Shown: positions 40,368 to 52,500, counted from the first letter of the stretch. The stretch is DNA of 64,000 nt from Gammaproteobacteria bacterium (GCA_965237805.1 OZ250153.1:224001-288000), one strand, 5' to 3'. Notes: generated by a model not told the origin, from the sequence alone. A program made the numbers and translations.

Positions 40368-41627
40368 TCAGAGGCCGGCGCGCTGCTCGATGCGCACGAT
40401 GATATTGAGCTCTTCGTCGATCAGGGCCGGAATGCCAGCCACCACGACACCAGAAAAGGTGCCGTTCTTGATCAAGGTGCGGAAGGACGCCGTAAAGCCC
40501 AGTGTGCGGAACATCATCAAGGCATCCGTTTGGTCGACATCGCCGTCGAGATCAATGTCCAAGACACTGTTGGAGCTGGCCTCAAGAGCCTCAATACGCT
40601 CAATGATATTGAGCTCTTCGTCGATCAGGGCCGGAATGCCAGCCACCACGACACCAGAAAAGGTGCCGTTCTTGATCAAGGTGCGGAAGGACTCCGTAAA
40701 GCCCAGCGTGCGGAACATCATCAAGGCATCCGTTTGGTTGACCGTGTCGCTGAGATCGATATCGAGCTGCAGGAGGTCGAATACCAGCAGTTCGACGGTG
40801 CCGCTCAGCGTGCCATCGCTCACCGTCAACACGATCGTGCTGCCGTCGCTCAGCCCCTCCAGCTGCAGGCTGAGGCTGGTGGAGGATGCCTGCGACAAGG
40901 CGCTCAGAGTCCCCATCGAGATGCTCACTGTCACCGTGTTGGGAAGCACGTAGCCCGAATCCACATTCGCGGCGGCATCGACAGCAAATATCTGCACCGT
41001 CAAGGGCGTCTCTACAAGTACCGGGGACGGCGCTGTCAGGAGCAAGGCGACGGGCAGCACGATCAACATGGTCTGTGCCACCGCGCTCAGCGAGCCGTCG
41101 ACCACTGTCAAGCTCAGCAGCTGGGCGCTAACTGCCCCGCTGAGAGACAAGCTCAGACTGCTGGCCGTGCGCGCGTGCTCCATCAGCGCACCGGATGAGG
41201 GCGTGACCGTCGCCGCGGGCGACAGGCGGTAGTCGCTGTCCTCGTTGTCGTCGTTGTCCACGCCGCGCACGCTCAGCGCAAAAGTACTATGGCCGCTCAC
41301 AGTGGCCGGCAAGCCGAGGCTCAGGCGGCGCGTTTGCACAGTGAACTCTAAGTCTAGCTGCCCCGACAGCACACCGCTGCTGAGGCTGAGGCGCAAGCTG
41401 GTGTTTTCCACCACCCCACCCCCAAGCCGCACCGTCAAGGCATTGCTCGTGCTGGCATCCACCACCCAGCGCACGGGGCCCGGCACCACTTGCGCCAGCG
41501 CTGGCGGGATGGCAGCCAGTGCCAAGGCCAAGCTCAGAGCCGATGCCATGAGCCAGAGGATGCCGTTGCCGTGCGTGGGGCAAGCCCTGCTGGCGCTGCG
41601 GGGCTCAGAGGGGGCGAATCGATGCAA
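40368..41627 (-). CDS. Secreted Ig-like protein with a tandem dockerin/EF-hand-like C-terminal repeat
   Basis: Signal peptide ending ALA-Q, Ser/Thr/Val-rich beta sequence, two copies of LDIDLxxxVxQTDALMMFRTLGF...; start uncertain. Confidence 0.75.
   Translation of the reverse strand: MHRFAPSEPRSASRACPTHGNGILWLMASALSLALALAAIPPALAQVVPGPVRWVVDASTSNALTVRLGGGVVENTSLRLSLSSGVLSGQLDLEFTVQTRRLSLGLPATVSGHSTFALSVRGVDNDDNEDSDYRLSPAATVTPSSGALMEHARTASSLSLSLSGAVSAQLLSLTVVDGSLSAVAQTMLIVLPVALLLTAPSPVLVETPLTVQIFAVDAAANVDSGYVLPNTVTVSISMGTLSALSQASSTSLSLQLEGLSDGSTIVLTVSDGTLSGTVELLVFDLLQLDIDLSDTVNQTDALMMFRTLGFTESFRTLIKNGTFSGVVVAGIPALIDEELNIIERIEALEASSNSVLDIDLDGDVDQTDALMMFRTLGFTASFRTLIKNGTFSGVVVAGIPALIDEELNIIVRIEQRAGL
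40401..40760. repeat. Intragenic tandem repeat with 204-bp period (two copies)
   Basis: gatattgagctcttcgtcgatcagggccggaatgcc... occurs at 40401 and 40605 and stays near-identical for about 130 bp. Confidence 0.9.
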
Positions 41628-41749
41628 TGGCAGCTGCCAGTGGGTGGACGGGGATCATTTTAAGCGATGCGAGCGCTGCGATAGCGGGACTGCGGGCGGC
41701 GCGACTGCGGTGCGATGCGCCGGACACACGACACTCGCTAGGCACGCTG

Positions 41750-42190
41750 CTATGTACTGCTGCTGGTGGCACCGCCGTCGGTGGCGGGCACCAAGCGCAG
41801 GGAGGCAGAGTTGATGCAATAACGCAGGCCAGTGGGTGGCGGGCCATCGTTGAAGACATGCCCCAGATGGGCATCGCAGACCGCGCAACGCAGCTCCTCG
41901 CGCGCCATGCCGTGGCTGGTGTCGCGGTGATTGCTCAGGCGAGCTGCTGGTGCCGGGGAATGGAAGCTGGGCCAACCCGATCCCGAATCAAATTTGCCAG
42001 CCGAGTCGAATAGGGGCGCATCACAACAGCGGCAACGGTAAGCACCGGCTGTCTTAGTCTCCCAATAGCAGCCGCTGAAAGCTGGCTCTGTCCCCCCTTG
42101 ACGGCAGATCCGATAGCTGTTGTCGTCCAGCTGTGAACGCCACTGCTCGTCGCTTAGGGCACGCGGGTCGCCAGCGGGAAAACTCTCCAT
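41750..42190 (-). CDS. msrB: Peptide-methionine (R)-S-oxide reductase
   Basis: [42 protein letters not shown]. Confidence 0.96.
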   Translation of the reverse strand: MESFPAGDPRALSDEQWRSQLDDNSYRICRQGGTEPAFSGCYWETKTAGAYRCRCCDAPLFDSAGKFDSGSGWPSFHSPAPAARLSNHRDTSHGMAREELRCAVCDAHLGHVFNDGPPPTGLRYCINSASLRLVPATDGGATSSST

Positions 42191-42352
42191 AGGCAGAATT
42201 ATACGCATAAGCACTGCGCCTCTTGCGGCTGCCAGCTGCTCGGCGACACCATACAATAAGCGTGGCTGAGGGCGGCTCGGCAACGGCTCGGGCGTCGCAG
42301 CCAGCCGCAGCGCAGCTCCCCGGCCCCACCACCGCAGAGCGCAAGCCAAACC

Positions 42353-43582
42353 GTGTCCCAACAACAGCCCACAAGCCTGCGCAAATCTTCCCTGCTCGAC
42401 GATATTTGCTACGATCTGCGCGGCCCCCTGTTGCAGTGCGCCAGCTCGATGGAGGAAGAGGGGCACACGATCCTCAAGCTGAACATCGGCAACCCCGGTG
42501 TCTTCGGCCTCGATGCGCCCGATGAGATACTGCGCGATGTCATCGCCAATCTGCGCCAAGCACAGCCCTACAGCGAGTCGCACGGTCTGTTTCCGGCGCG
42601 CAAGGCGATCATGCAGCACTGCCAGCAACAAGGGGTGCAGCAGATCGATGTCGAGGACATCTTCTTGGGCAATGGCGTCAGCGAGTTGATCCAGATGGCG
42701 GTGCAGGCGCTGCTCAACCCGGGCGATGAGTTGCTGATACCATGCCCGGACTACCCGCTGTGGAGCGCCGTCACCAGACTGGCCAATGGGGTGCCACGGT
42801 ATTACCGCTGCGTCGAAGAGGCTGGCTGGCAACCCGATTTGGATCATCTGCGCGCACAGATTTCGCCGCGCACCCGTGGCATCGTCGTGATCAATCCCAA
42901 CAATCCCACCGGCGCAGTCTATTCCGCTGAGCTGCTGAGGGGGATCGTCGAGCTGGCCCGCGAACATGACTTGCCGCTATTCGCCGACGAGATCTACGAC
43001 AAAACCCTCTACGAGGATGCCGAGCATGTGCCGCTGGCCAGACTGGCGGGCGAGCTGTGTTGCCTCAGCTTTAGCGGGCTGTCAAAGAACTACCGCTTGG
43101 CTGGCTTCCGCAGCGGCTGGATGATCGTCAGCGGCGATCGCCGCCGCAATATCGACTACCGAGAGGGGCTGCTACTGTTGGCATCGATGCGCCTATGCGC
43201 CAATGTGCCAGGCCAGCTGGCCGTGCAGACCGCCTTGGGCGGGCACCAGAGCATTGCGGATTTGGTCGCGCCCGGCGGTCGCCTGCGCGAGCAGCGCGAC
43301 CACGCTTGGCGGCGCATCGATGCCATGGAGGGGGTCTCCTGTCACCGGCCACAGGGGGCGATCTACCTGTTTGCGCGCTTTGACAGCGAGTATTTCGGCA
43401 CCGTCGATGACGAGCAGCTGGCGCTGGCTCTGTTGCGTGAGGAGAAGATGCTACTGACCCCAGGCAGCGCTTTCAACTGGCCACATCCCGACCATCTGCG
43501 GCTGACTTTCCTGCCCACCATCGATGTGATGGAGGACGCGATGAACCGCCTTGAGGGCTTCCTCAGCCGACGCGGTGGCTGA
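42353..43582 (+). CDS. alaA: Glutamate-pyruvate (alanine) aminotransferase, class I/II
   Basis: [50 protein letters not shown]. Confidence 0.9.
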   Translation: MSQQQPTSLRKSSLLDDICYDLRGPLLQCASSMEEEGHTILKLNIGNPGVFGLDAPDEILRDVIANLRQAQPYSESHGLFPARKAIMQHCQQQGVQQIDVEDIFLGNGVSELIQMAVQALLNPGDELLIPCPDYPLWSAVTRLANGVPRYYRCVEEAGWQPDLDHLRAQISPRTRGIVVINPNNPTGAVYSAELLRGIVELAREHDLPLFADEIYDKTLYEDAEHVPLARLAGELCCLSFSGLSKNYRLAGFRSGWMIVSGDRRRNIDYREGLLLLASMRLCANVPGQLAVQTALGGHQSIADLVAPGGRLREQRDHAWRRIDAMEGVSCHRPQGAIYLFARFDSEYFGTVDDEQLALALLREEKMLLTPGSAFNWPHPDHLRLTFLPTIDVMEDAMNRLEGFLSRRGG

Positions 43583-43790
43583 GGGGGCGAGGCGTCGATC
43601 AAAGCCTGGGCAGCAGCTCACTTAGCCCAAGCTGCGGGGGTTAACGGGGGCTTGACAGTGGCGGAAAAGTGCAATAATTTCAAGAAAATCTCATGATAAA
43701 CGCCCTTCTGACATGGTCGCAGACTAATCCAGCTCCCAGCTGGGCGTTGCTTGCGGTTTTCACAGTGATCGCTACCCGTTTTATTGATCG

Positions 43791-44290
43791 ATGGATCGAT
43801 GGTTTGTTGAGCACAACACCGAGCATCGCGAGCTGGCACAGCTACATAGCAAAATGGTGCCAGCACTAAGCGAGCTCATTGGGTTGGCACCATTGCTAAG
43901 GCGCATTGAAGCACAATTTGTTGCTCGGGATGCCAGCGCGTTTGTCAGCGCGCCCGGCCCCTTGTCTCTTGGCGAAAAAGGGCAGGAAGTCAGCAAGGCG
44001 ATCAAAGCGGACGACTTGGTGGCATGAGCCTCCCCGATTCTGGAAGACTCTGTCAATCTCCCTGAGCCAGCTGCGACAGCCTACGATCTACCAAGCAAAA
44101 GTACGCAGGGCTGGGAGTTGTTTGGTCTGATGGAGGCCGCAGGGAGAGACCAATCAGAGGAATATCAAAAGTATTTTAAACTGCTAAAAGATGTTGCTTA
44201 GAAGAATGGAGCAACGCAAACAAGCATACTCGCGATAGTCGGCATCGCGAGACCGCATTTTGGACGAGCGGGGCATGGACATCATGCAAG
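43791..44290 (+). pseudogene. Decayed hypothetical gene, lower GC than its surroundings
   Basis: Reading frame continues with protein-like sequence through in-frame TGA (44025) and TAG (~44199): PLSLGEKG..SKAIKA..LVA*ASPIL..AYD..LKDVA*KNG..ILAIVGI, then RDRIL in a shifted frame. Confidence 0.5.
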
Positions 44291-44342
44291 CGGATCAAAG
44301 CTTGCCGGCTGACAGCCAGTCAGCAGAATAATTGCTCTGTTG

Positions 44343-44897
44343 GCTGGCTATCACCAAGCACTGCCCGCTCCACCGCCACCCACACCCTCGTCGCTTGCCC
44401 CGTTGCCGCTCGGCCGGTGCAGACTGGCCCCTAGGCTTGGCAACAACAGTCACCCGCTGATTGTCGCTCTATTTGCTTCTGCCAGCTCAGTCCCTCAGCC
44501 ACTCATAGATCATCGTCTTGCCGCTCATGGCGGTAAAGAGCGCATGGGTCTATGGCTGCCAGCGCACAGCACCCAGCATTGAGCCTTGATGCGAACTCAA
44601 TAGCGCCCGCAGTGCTGCTGGCTATCACCAAGCACTGCCCGCTCCACCGCCACCCACACCCTCGCCGCTTGCCCTGTTGCCGCTCGGCCAGTGCAGACTG
44701 GCCCCTAGGCTGGGCAACAACAGTCCCCCGCTGATTTGCCCGCTCTATTTGCTTCTGCCAGCTCAGTCCGTCAGCCCCTCATAGATCATCGTCTTGCCGC
44801 TCGGCGGTAAAGAGCACATGGGTCTATGGCTGCCAGCGCACAACACCCAGCATTGAGCCTTGATGCGAACTCAATATCGCCCGCAGTGCTGCTGGCT
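44343..44897. repeat. Tandem direct repeat, two imperfect copies of a 274-bp non-coding unit
   Basis: gctggctatcaccaagcactgcccgctcc starts at 44343 and 44617; gctggct recurs at 44891. Confidence 0.95.
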
Positions 44898-44938
44898 CCC
44901 GTTGTGGTAGCTGTCGTTGGCAGCGCAGTCATGCCCCT

Positions 44939-46153
44939 CTATTTTGCTGCTGGCAATGACGGTGTCAGTTGCAAAAAGCCAGCGGCGCGCAGCATGCGCT
45001 GGGTGGCGAGGGGCAATGACTGCGCCAGCAGCGGCAACTCGGAGAACTCCAGCCGCGGTGGCGGCGCGGCGCGGGCGGCGGCGAAACCCTGTGCAGTATC
45101 GTCTGGCGTGGCTGCCAGCAGCGTGCGCAACTGGCGATCCAGCTCCTCTAGTGGGCAACAATAGGCGCTGAGCCGCTGCAGCAAAACCGGGAAGTTCTGA
45201 GCATCCTCCGCGCGCAAGCATAGCGGCTCCACTGCGGGGATCACCGGAGCTGGCTCGGCTGCTGTCTGTGCCCCGCTCGCCCCTGCCGAGCTCAGCGCTG
45301 AGGGGTCTGGTGCCCCTAAATGCTGGCAAGCGGCCTCGTAGAGTAGCGCCAGCGCACGGCGGCGGGCACTGGCGGTGTGGCCAGCGATGTGGGGGGTCGC
45401 CAGATGGACGCAGGCCAGCAAATCTGAGTCGATGGCCGGTTCGCCCTCCCAGGTGTCCAGCGCCAATCGCGGTGCGCCAGGGGCAGCTGAGCGCCGGAGC
45501 AGTGCCTCGCTGTCGATCAGCGCGCCGCGGGCGCTGTTGATCAGCAGCGCCCCAGAACGCAGCTGCGCCAAGGCCTCAGCCCCGATCAGATGGCGATTGC
45601 CATCGCTTAGCGGCAAATGCAGGCTGATCGCATCCGCGGCGGCCAGCAGCTCCGCCAAGGGCCTGCTGGGTAGCTCGGCGGCGCGCAGTGGGTCGCAGAT
45701 CAGGCAGCGCAACCCCAATGCCTCAAGGCGACGGCGCAGGCGGTCGCCGCTGTGGCCGCAGCCGACGATGCCCACCGTCAGTTGCGGCGGCGCCGATGGA
45801 AATCCCGGCAGCTGGTGGCACAGCACCGACAGCACATAATCCACCACCGCTTCGGCATTGCAGCCCGGAGCCGCCGCCCAAGCGATGCCGCGCTGGCGCA
45901 GACAGCGCACGTCGATGTGCTCGACCCCGCTGGTCGCGCTACCGACAAAACGCAGGCCCGTCGCCCCGTCCAGCAAGGCATCGTCGACCCGTGTGACCGA
46001 GCGCAGGATCAACAGTCTCAGCGAGGGCGGCAAGGGGGCGACGATGGCCGCCGCCGGGCGGGGCTCTACCGGGCCAAAGGCTGCGAAGCGCTGTGCTGCG
46101 CCCGGCAAAGCCTCATCGACCACCACCCGCGGGCCCGCGCCGTCGGCGCTCAA
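44939..46153 (-). CDS. pdxB: Erythronate-4-phosphate dehydrogenase
   Basis: RSVTRVD, GSATSGVEHID, APGCNA..V.DY, SLHLPL, INSARG, DTWEGEP, TPHIAGH. Confidence 0.92.
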   Translation of the reverse strand: MSADGAGPRVVVDEALPGAAQRFAAFGPVEPRPAAAIVAPLPPSLRLLILRSVTRVDDALLDGATGLRFVGSATSGVEHIDVRCLRQRGIAWAAAPGCNAEAVVDYVLSVLCHQLPGFPSAPPQLTVGIVGCGHSGDRLRRRLEALGLRCLICDPLRAAELPSRPLAELLAAADAISLHLPLSDGNRHLIGAEALAQLRSGALLINSARGALIDSEALLRRSAAPGAPRLALDTWEGEPAIDSDLLACVHLATPHIAGHTASARRRALALLYEAACQHLGAPDPSALSSAGASGAQTAAEPAPVIPAVEPLCLRAEDAQNFPVLLQRLSAYCCPLEELDRQLRTLLAATPDDTAQGFAAARAAPPPRLEFSELPLLAQSLPLATQRMLRAAGFLQLTPSLPAAK

Positions 46154-46174
46154 GGTGGCGGCAAAGCCATGGCT

Positions 46175-46480
46175 TCAGCTGTGCGACGCTGCGGGGCCGC
46201 CCTTGCGGATCAAAAAATACAGCTTGCGGTCGCGCTGTTGCGAGGGCTGCGAGGCGCTGAGCAATTGATGCCCCAAATGGTGGCAAAATCTCTCCACATC
46301 GCGCTGGGTCGAGGGATCGGTGGCACAGAGCCGCAACAGCTCGCCGCGACGCAGGCGACGGATCTCGCGGTGCAATAGCATCAGTGGCTCGGGGCAGGAC
46401 AGACCGCAGACATTGAGCTGGTGCACCGCCTGCGCCGTTCCATCGCTGCTGTCGGACTGTTTGTTGGCTGCGCTACTCAT
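46175..46480 (-). CDS. tusA: Sulfurtransferase TusA
   Basis: GLSCPEPLMLLH, ATDPSTQRD..FC. Confidence 0.93.
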   Translation of the reverse strand: MSSAANKQSDSSDGTAQAVHQLNVCGLSCPEPLMLLHREIRRLRRGELLRLCATDPSTQRDVERFCHHLGHQLLSASQPSQQRDRKLYFLIRKGGPAASHS

Positions 46481-46560
46481 TGACTGTAGCTCGCCAAAAG
46501 TGCGGCGTCGAGCTGGCGCAAGCCCCGCCACAGACCACAGATTTTAGTGGCTACTCGAAC

Positions 46561-49500
46561 TCACCACGGGTAGTCGAACCAAGCACGCACCACACTCTCA
46601 ACATTCAGCAGCTCGTCCACATCGCGTTTGATGACCGCAGCGCGACCGCAGGCGGCCGGCGAATCCAATGCCAAGCGCACCGCATACAGCACGCTACCAT
46701 TATCCCTGTCCACCGCGCCGATGCCGACCCGCACCGCGCCGAAGCCCTGTGCCAAGAGCTTCTGGGCGGTACGCTCGGCGGCCAAGACATTGGCATAGGC
46801 CGCCACCTGCACATACCAGCCTTGATGGCCGCGCACTGTGTCCAAGCAAGCACAAACCGATGCGCCCGGTCGTGTGCAAGGAGAGCTCAGCGCCGAGATA
46901 TAGCTGGGCCGCTGGCTGGTGGGCTCGGGCCGCGTGCGCTCTGGGCGACGGGGGAGCTCCTCCCGACGGCGTGCGCTCGCCTGTGGGCGGCGGCTGGGCG
47001 CGGCATCCTCGGCAGCGCCATTGAAGCGATAGCTCAGCCCGGCACCGGCAAAAGCGGTGCCGAGGTCGTAATCTTCGTAGAAAATTTTCAGCGCCAAACC
47101 GCGGGCCGGGTTACCAGCCAGATCCAACTCCATGCCCAGCCCCCAGTAGAGGCCATCGTCGTTCTTGACAGCTACCCGCCACTGTCTGGACTTGGCATCG
47201 CCGCTGCGCCAGCCCAGCGAAGCATAGGGTGACCAGCGGCGATCGCGGCCATAGGGAAACCAATTCACCCCCGCCCCGGCAGCCGTTTGCTCGACGCCGC
47301 CGCAGGCGGTCGCATTGCAGACTCTGGACTCGCCCAAATCCGCCCAAAAGCCTTCCAACCACAGATCTTCCAAGGTGATGACAAAGAGCGGCAGCTTGAA
47401 TGGCAGCGCGTAGTCGACGCCAACACGGTAGGCAAAATCTTCCTGATCATCCAAGCGGAAAGTGCTGCTCTGTAGTGAGGGCTTCAAAAAACTCTGCCCC
47501 ACCGCTCCGCTGATGCCGAAGTCGAGGGCAGCGGCCGTCGCAGGCAGGCTCAGGCACAGCGAGAGCAAGGCCGCACCAGCCATCGCAACGCCGCGCCGAT
47601 GCCACTGGCCGCTGCGGCCAAGGCTCAGGAGCATCATCAGTGCGAGCAGCGCCAACCAAGGCAGCCCAACCGTGCCGCCACCGCCGTGGAAAACCACCAC
47701 CTCGCTACCGCTCGTCGCCTGCAATGCCAGCGGGCTCAAGGAGTCGGACGTAGCGCTGACATGCACACAGCCGCCATTGGACAGAGCGCCCGCCACCAGC
47801 GACAGCAGCGGGAGATAGGCCGCATCGCCGGGTGCCGGGCAAGCCCTGCCGCTCGTTCCAGCGACGCTGAGATACGGCGAGAATGTCACCGTATTGGCCA
47901 CGATTACCGTCGCGCTGCTCATGCCGGGGCCACTGTCGATCGTGATCGTGCGCTGGCTGGTATCCACCTCGCACCAACTGGCCGTCGCCGCACTGGGGCA
48001 AGTGCTGGAATAGTGATACAACTTGTCAGTGCTGATCGCTCCATCGACCGAGAACACAAAGTCGAGCAAGTCGCCAGCCGAAAAACAGGCTGCGCTATCA
48101 CCGCAACTGAAGGACACATCGAGTACCAAGTTATCGACGACGCTCACTGGCAGCGGCGCGATGCCCAGTGCGGCAAACTCGCTCAGCGGCACACGGGGCG
48201 AATTTGCCACCGGGCGCTGCGCCGCGATATCACCCAGACGCAGGATGATCCCCGGCGCAACGAGCATAAAGTGCGCGTTGGCTGTGCCGGCGCTGTCGCC
48301 GTACGGCAGGGCCGAGTTGACCAATACCAAGCCGGGCACTTCCAGCGTATCTGGAATCAAGTCGCCGTCGCTGTCCAACTGGCCAACGCTAAAGACTCGC
48401 TGCAAACTCTCGCCCGTGCTCTCGGCCCCAATGCGATACACCGCCGCGTTGCTGCCGAAAACACTGCCTGCCACACTGTAAGTACCAGCCAACGCCACCG
48501 ACGGCGTCGCTGGTGTCGAAGAGCCGAGCACGCTGAGTGTCCAAGTGCGAGTGCTATTCACAACGCTGCCAGACACCGAGAACTCCACCCCCGCCGCAGG
48601 ATCGGCAATGCTCTGCAACAGCGCGCTGCTCCCGCTCTGGCGCAGCTGGATCACCGGTGCATAGGCCGCCACCGCACGCAGCGCTGGCTGATAAACAATG
48701 CTATAAGTCGTGCTCGACGAACAGCTGGCAGAAAAAGAGCACAGCGACACCAGATCGAGAGACGCATTGTCCAGCTGCACGGTGGCCATCACCGTCAGGG
48801 TCGAGGTGCTCACCGTGTAGCCCACCGCTTGCTCCACAGCACCCGACAGCGACAGGCTGCTCGCCATCAGCGCCAAACCAGAGCTGCTGAGACTCAGCGC
48901 CACTGCCCCGTCACCGTCGGGCTGCGCTCCCAATAACTGCAATCTCATGCTGCCCGAGCCGCCCGCTATCACCGAGAGATCGCCGCCTACCGACAATACT
49001 GGCCGCAGCTCCAAGCGCCGGATCACCGCATCGCTCGCTGCGCTGCCAGAGGACAGCCAGTGTGTGCCCGACACATAGTTGTGGCTGTCCGCTGCTGGCA
49101 GCACCCCACCCTGATAGACACCAGCGCTGATATGCACCACCGAGTCCAGCGGCAGGCTCAGCGACGCCGTGCCAGAACTGTTGGTGAATGAGGCAAAGTC
49201 CGTCAGCACACCGCGCGCGTTTTGGCGCGGCAAAACCGTTGCCGCGCTACTCAACTCGTCGCGACGACCGTAGTACAGCTCCACCACATCTGGCAAGCCG
49301 TCGCTATCGGCATCCGTCGCCGCAGAGGCCCCTGTCGTGTTCGACAGATCGCTGTTCAGATAGGCTTCCAAACTGTCCGACAGGCCATCGCCGTCCGTGT
49401 CACAAGCAGCGTCCGGGCACACTGTCAAACCGCCAACAGGCATGAAATCGTATTCCAAATCATCCGACAGGCCGTCGTTATCGGCATCGGTCAGCGAGAA

Positions 49501-52500
49501 TGCCGCCGTGTTCAGCATCACCGGGGCGCTGTACACCGTACTGCCACCGGCATCGCGCACTGCGAGGAAGACGCAATAGGCCGTGCCCTGCGAGAGCGCG
49601 TTGAGCTGCCCGCTACCGCCGGTGGCGCTCAAACTCAGCTGGGAGGACATCGCCGTGATCGAGGCGATGGCGCAAGTCGTGCCAGTGTGGAAGGCCAGCC
49701 AATAACTGGCGGCCGTGTTGATGGGCGTCGCCGCCTCGCTCAGCTGCGCGCGATCGCTGGCCAATTCGCTGAACAGCAGGGTCGCCGAATAAGCCCGCAA
49801 CTCGGCGCTGTCCACCGATAGACACGCGTTCGCCACACTGTCCAAGTCGCCATCGCAGATGGTCGGGGGAACCAGATCGGCGCTGAGGGTGAATTCGCTC
49901 GGCGCGGGGATGCTGCTGTAGGCGCTCCCAGACTGGAGGGCGATCGTCAAACTCAGGGTGCTGCTGAGCAGCCCGCTCGGCAACTGCGCAAAAGCAAAAC
50001 CTCCACTGGAGGGTGCCGTGAAACTGATCACGCCGCGCTCAGCAGCAGCAGCCACCGTCACCATCGCTGTCGTCGTCGCACTCAGCGGAGAGAGCGGCGT
50101 ACAGCCGCCGCCATCGCTGGTGCAGGATAGCTGCGGTGTCACTGTCAGCGATAGTCCGGATGGATCGCGATCGTAGACCTTGGCCGTGGAATCGTTGAAA
50201 GCGGGGCTAGTGCCGCTCAAATCAACGTTCAGAAAAGCGTGATAAGTGCCACTAAAGCTGTAACTGGCGTCGTGGATCAGCGAGCTGCCCGCCACCGCGA
50301 TGCCCGTGCTGCTGTTCCGCGCCGTCACCGCCGCCAAGGTCTCCAAACTGTCGGCGCTAACATTCATGGTGACCGTCACTTGGTTCTCAGCAGTCGTGAA
50401 CACCCTTTGACGACCATCAATCGGGGAGAAATACAGATTCCGGACATGGCCAGATGACAGGATCTCCTCCTGGTGCTCCACATCCGTATCACCGCTCACA
50501 ACGAGAGCCTGCGCAGACAGATCCGCGTTCAGATCAAGCTGCCCGCTGGCATCTCGGCTACGCAGGTTCAACACAACAACATTGGCAGTCGACGCCGCGC
50601 CGCTGCCGGCGCGGAAGTCGGTTTGCACCGCAAAACCTGCAGCGGTGCTGCCAGTGACGCTGGGGGCACTGCCAACACTGACGCTGTCGATCGCCACCGT
50701 CGTGCCAATCACCTCCATGCTGAGCCTGTTCTCCAGCGTGCCGCCACTGAAAGCGCCACTGCCGAAGACGCCAGCAGTTGCCGGTGATACCCGCAGCCGC
50801 AGCTGCCCTGCATCCACCGCATCGCTACTGAGCAATGCGCTGTGGTTGGCCACCGCAGCCGTCAACAGCAGCTGGGCCGTGCCGCCCTCGGCAATGCTCA
50901 GCGGCGTGCCGAGCGTCAGGCGAATCATCTGCTCGCCAGAGGACACGCGCGCCAAGGCCGTGACTGTCGCCGCCAGCACTGCCCCCGTGGCGTTGCCAGC
51001 GGCATCCGCCGCATACAGATTCAAAGTCAGCGCCGGCACCACACCGCGCGTCAAAGCGCTGTCGATGCCAGCAACGATGGGTGCAATGCCGCTGTCTTCA
51101 GCCAACAGACTCAATAACACGGAACTGATCGCGACACCCATACTGTCCCCCGCACCCTCGGCAAAACTCAGCGCCATCACCCGCTGCTCTGTGCTCCCCA
51201 AGACATTGCTCAGCGTCGCCTGGCCGATGTCGATCAAACTCACCGTCGTGGGCACCACTCCCAACACCGTGAAACTCGTCGGAGTAGGCACTGTCAGGGC
51301 GATGCCACCAGTCGCCGTGGACATGATTGCCAGCGTCAATGGCGTGTCCAATAGCCCCATCGGCAGAGTGGGCAGAGTGATGGCCAGCGAAAATTCGATC
51401 AGCGGGACGTCGATGCCGTCAATCTGCACTGTATTCGCCGGTGCCGTGAGCGTCACAGCGCCAGCGACGGGCGCGCTGCAAGAAGAATCTAACTCGCATC
51501 CCAAAACCCCAGACACCGCGAGCTCAATGGTGGCGGACACATCATCTAAGTCGTAGACAGGAAGGATAGTAGCCGGGCCGGTCTGCAGCTCGGCGAAACT
51601 CAGATAACTGCCCTCAAACATATAGCTGCGGTCGTGCAACAGCATCGCGGGCTCGACCGCGCCACCACCAAAACTGGCCGAGACCGCATCATGCGTCTCC
51701 AACCGGCCGCCCGTCACATCCATACTGAGAGTGAGATTGACCGTGTTCTCGAAGACAACATGGGGGGAGGGAATGCTCGCGACCACCGTGCCATGATCCT
51801 GCAAAGAATAATAGCTAATCTCTCTGACATAGCCAAAAGTGCCCGCCTGCAATGACACCGCACAACGGGTCTGCCCCCCGCCGCCGCTACAACCGGAAAA
51901 ACCTGTGTTGAACCCTGCATTCAGCGCCGAAGAGCTCAGGTCGCTGTCCAGATCGAGCTGCCCTTTACTATCTCGACTGACCACAGTCAAGCGCAAAATA
52001 TTCTGCGCGACAGTGACACCACCATCTCGGTAGCGATAGGTGGCCGCATACGGCGTGCCAATACCATCACCAGTCACATCAATGGTGGCAGAGGAAGGGA
52101 CAGTCGGCATGGAGTTCAAACGCAGCACGGTGCCCACCACCGCCATGGTGACGCTGCCGACGGTGTTTGTTGCCGTCGAAAAGCGGCTGCTGATGACACC
52201 GGCAGGCTGCACAATCTCTGAGGGGCGCAGCTCCAGCATCAGCTGCGAGCCGTCGACGATATCCGCTCTACTCTGCAGCCCATCCAAGGAATCCGGAAAC
52301 GCAAAGAGCCCCAAACGCTCGCTGCCACCGTCGGCGATGACCAGCGGCGACACCAACGTGACAACAAGCGATTGGGTGGGTCTGCGCACACTGAGCGAGT
52401 CAGCAGTCAGCGTCGCCAGTGCAGCACCCACAGCAGTGCCCCCGGCATCGATGCGGTGAAGGTTGAAATCCAGACTTGGCACAGCATGCTGGGAATTTTC

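Noticed and set aside
42191-42967. N-terminal extension of msrB (405-aa ORF)
   Set aside because: It is antisense to alaA; MsrB similarity begins near 42190.
44343-44897. CRISPR array
   Set aside because: Only two long (274-bp) units, no short repeat-spacer periodicity, and no cas genes.
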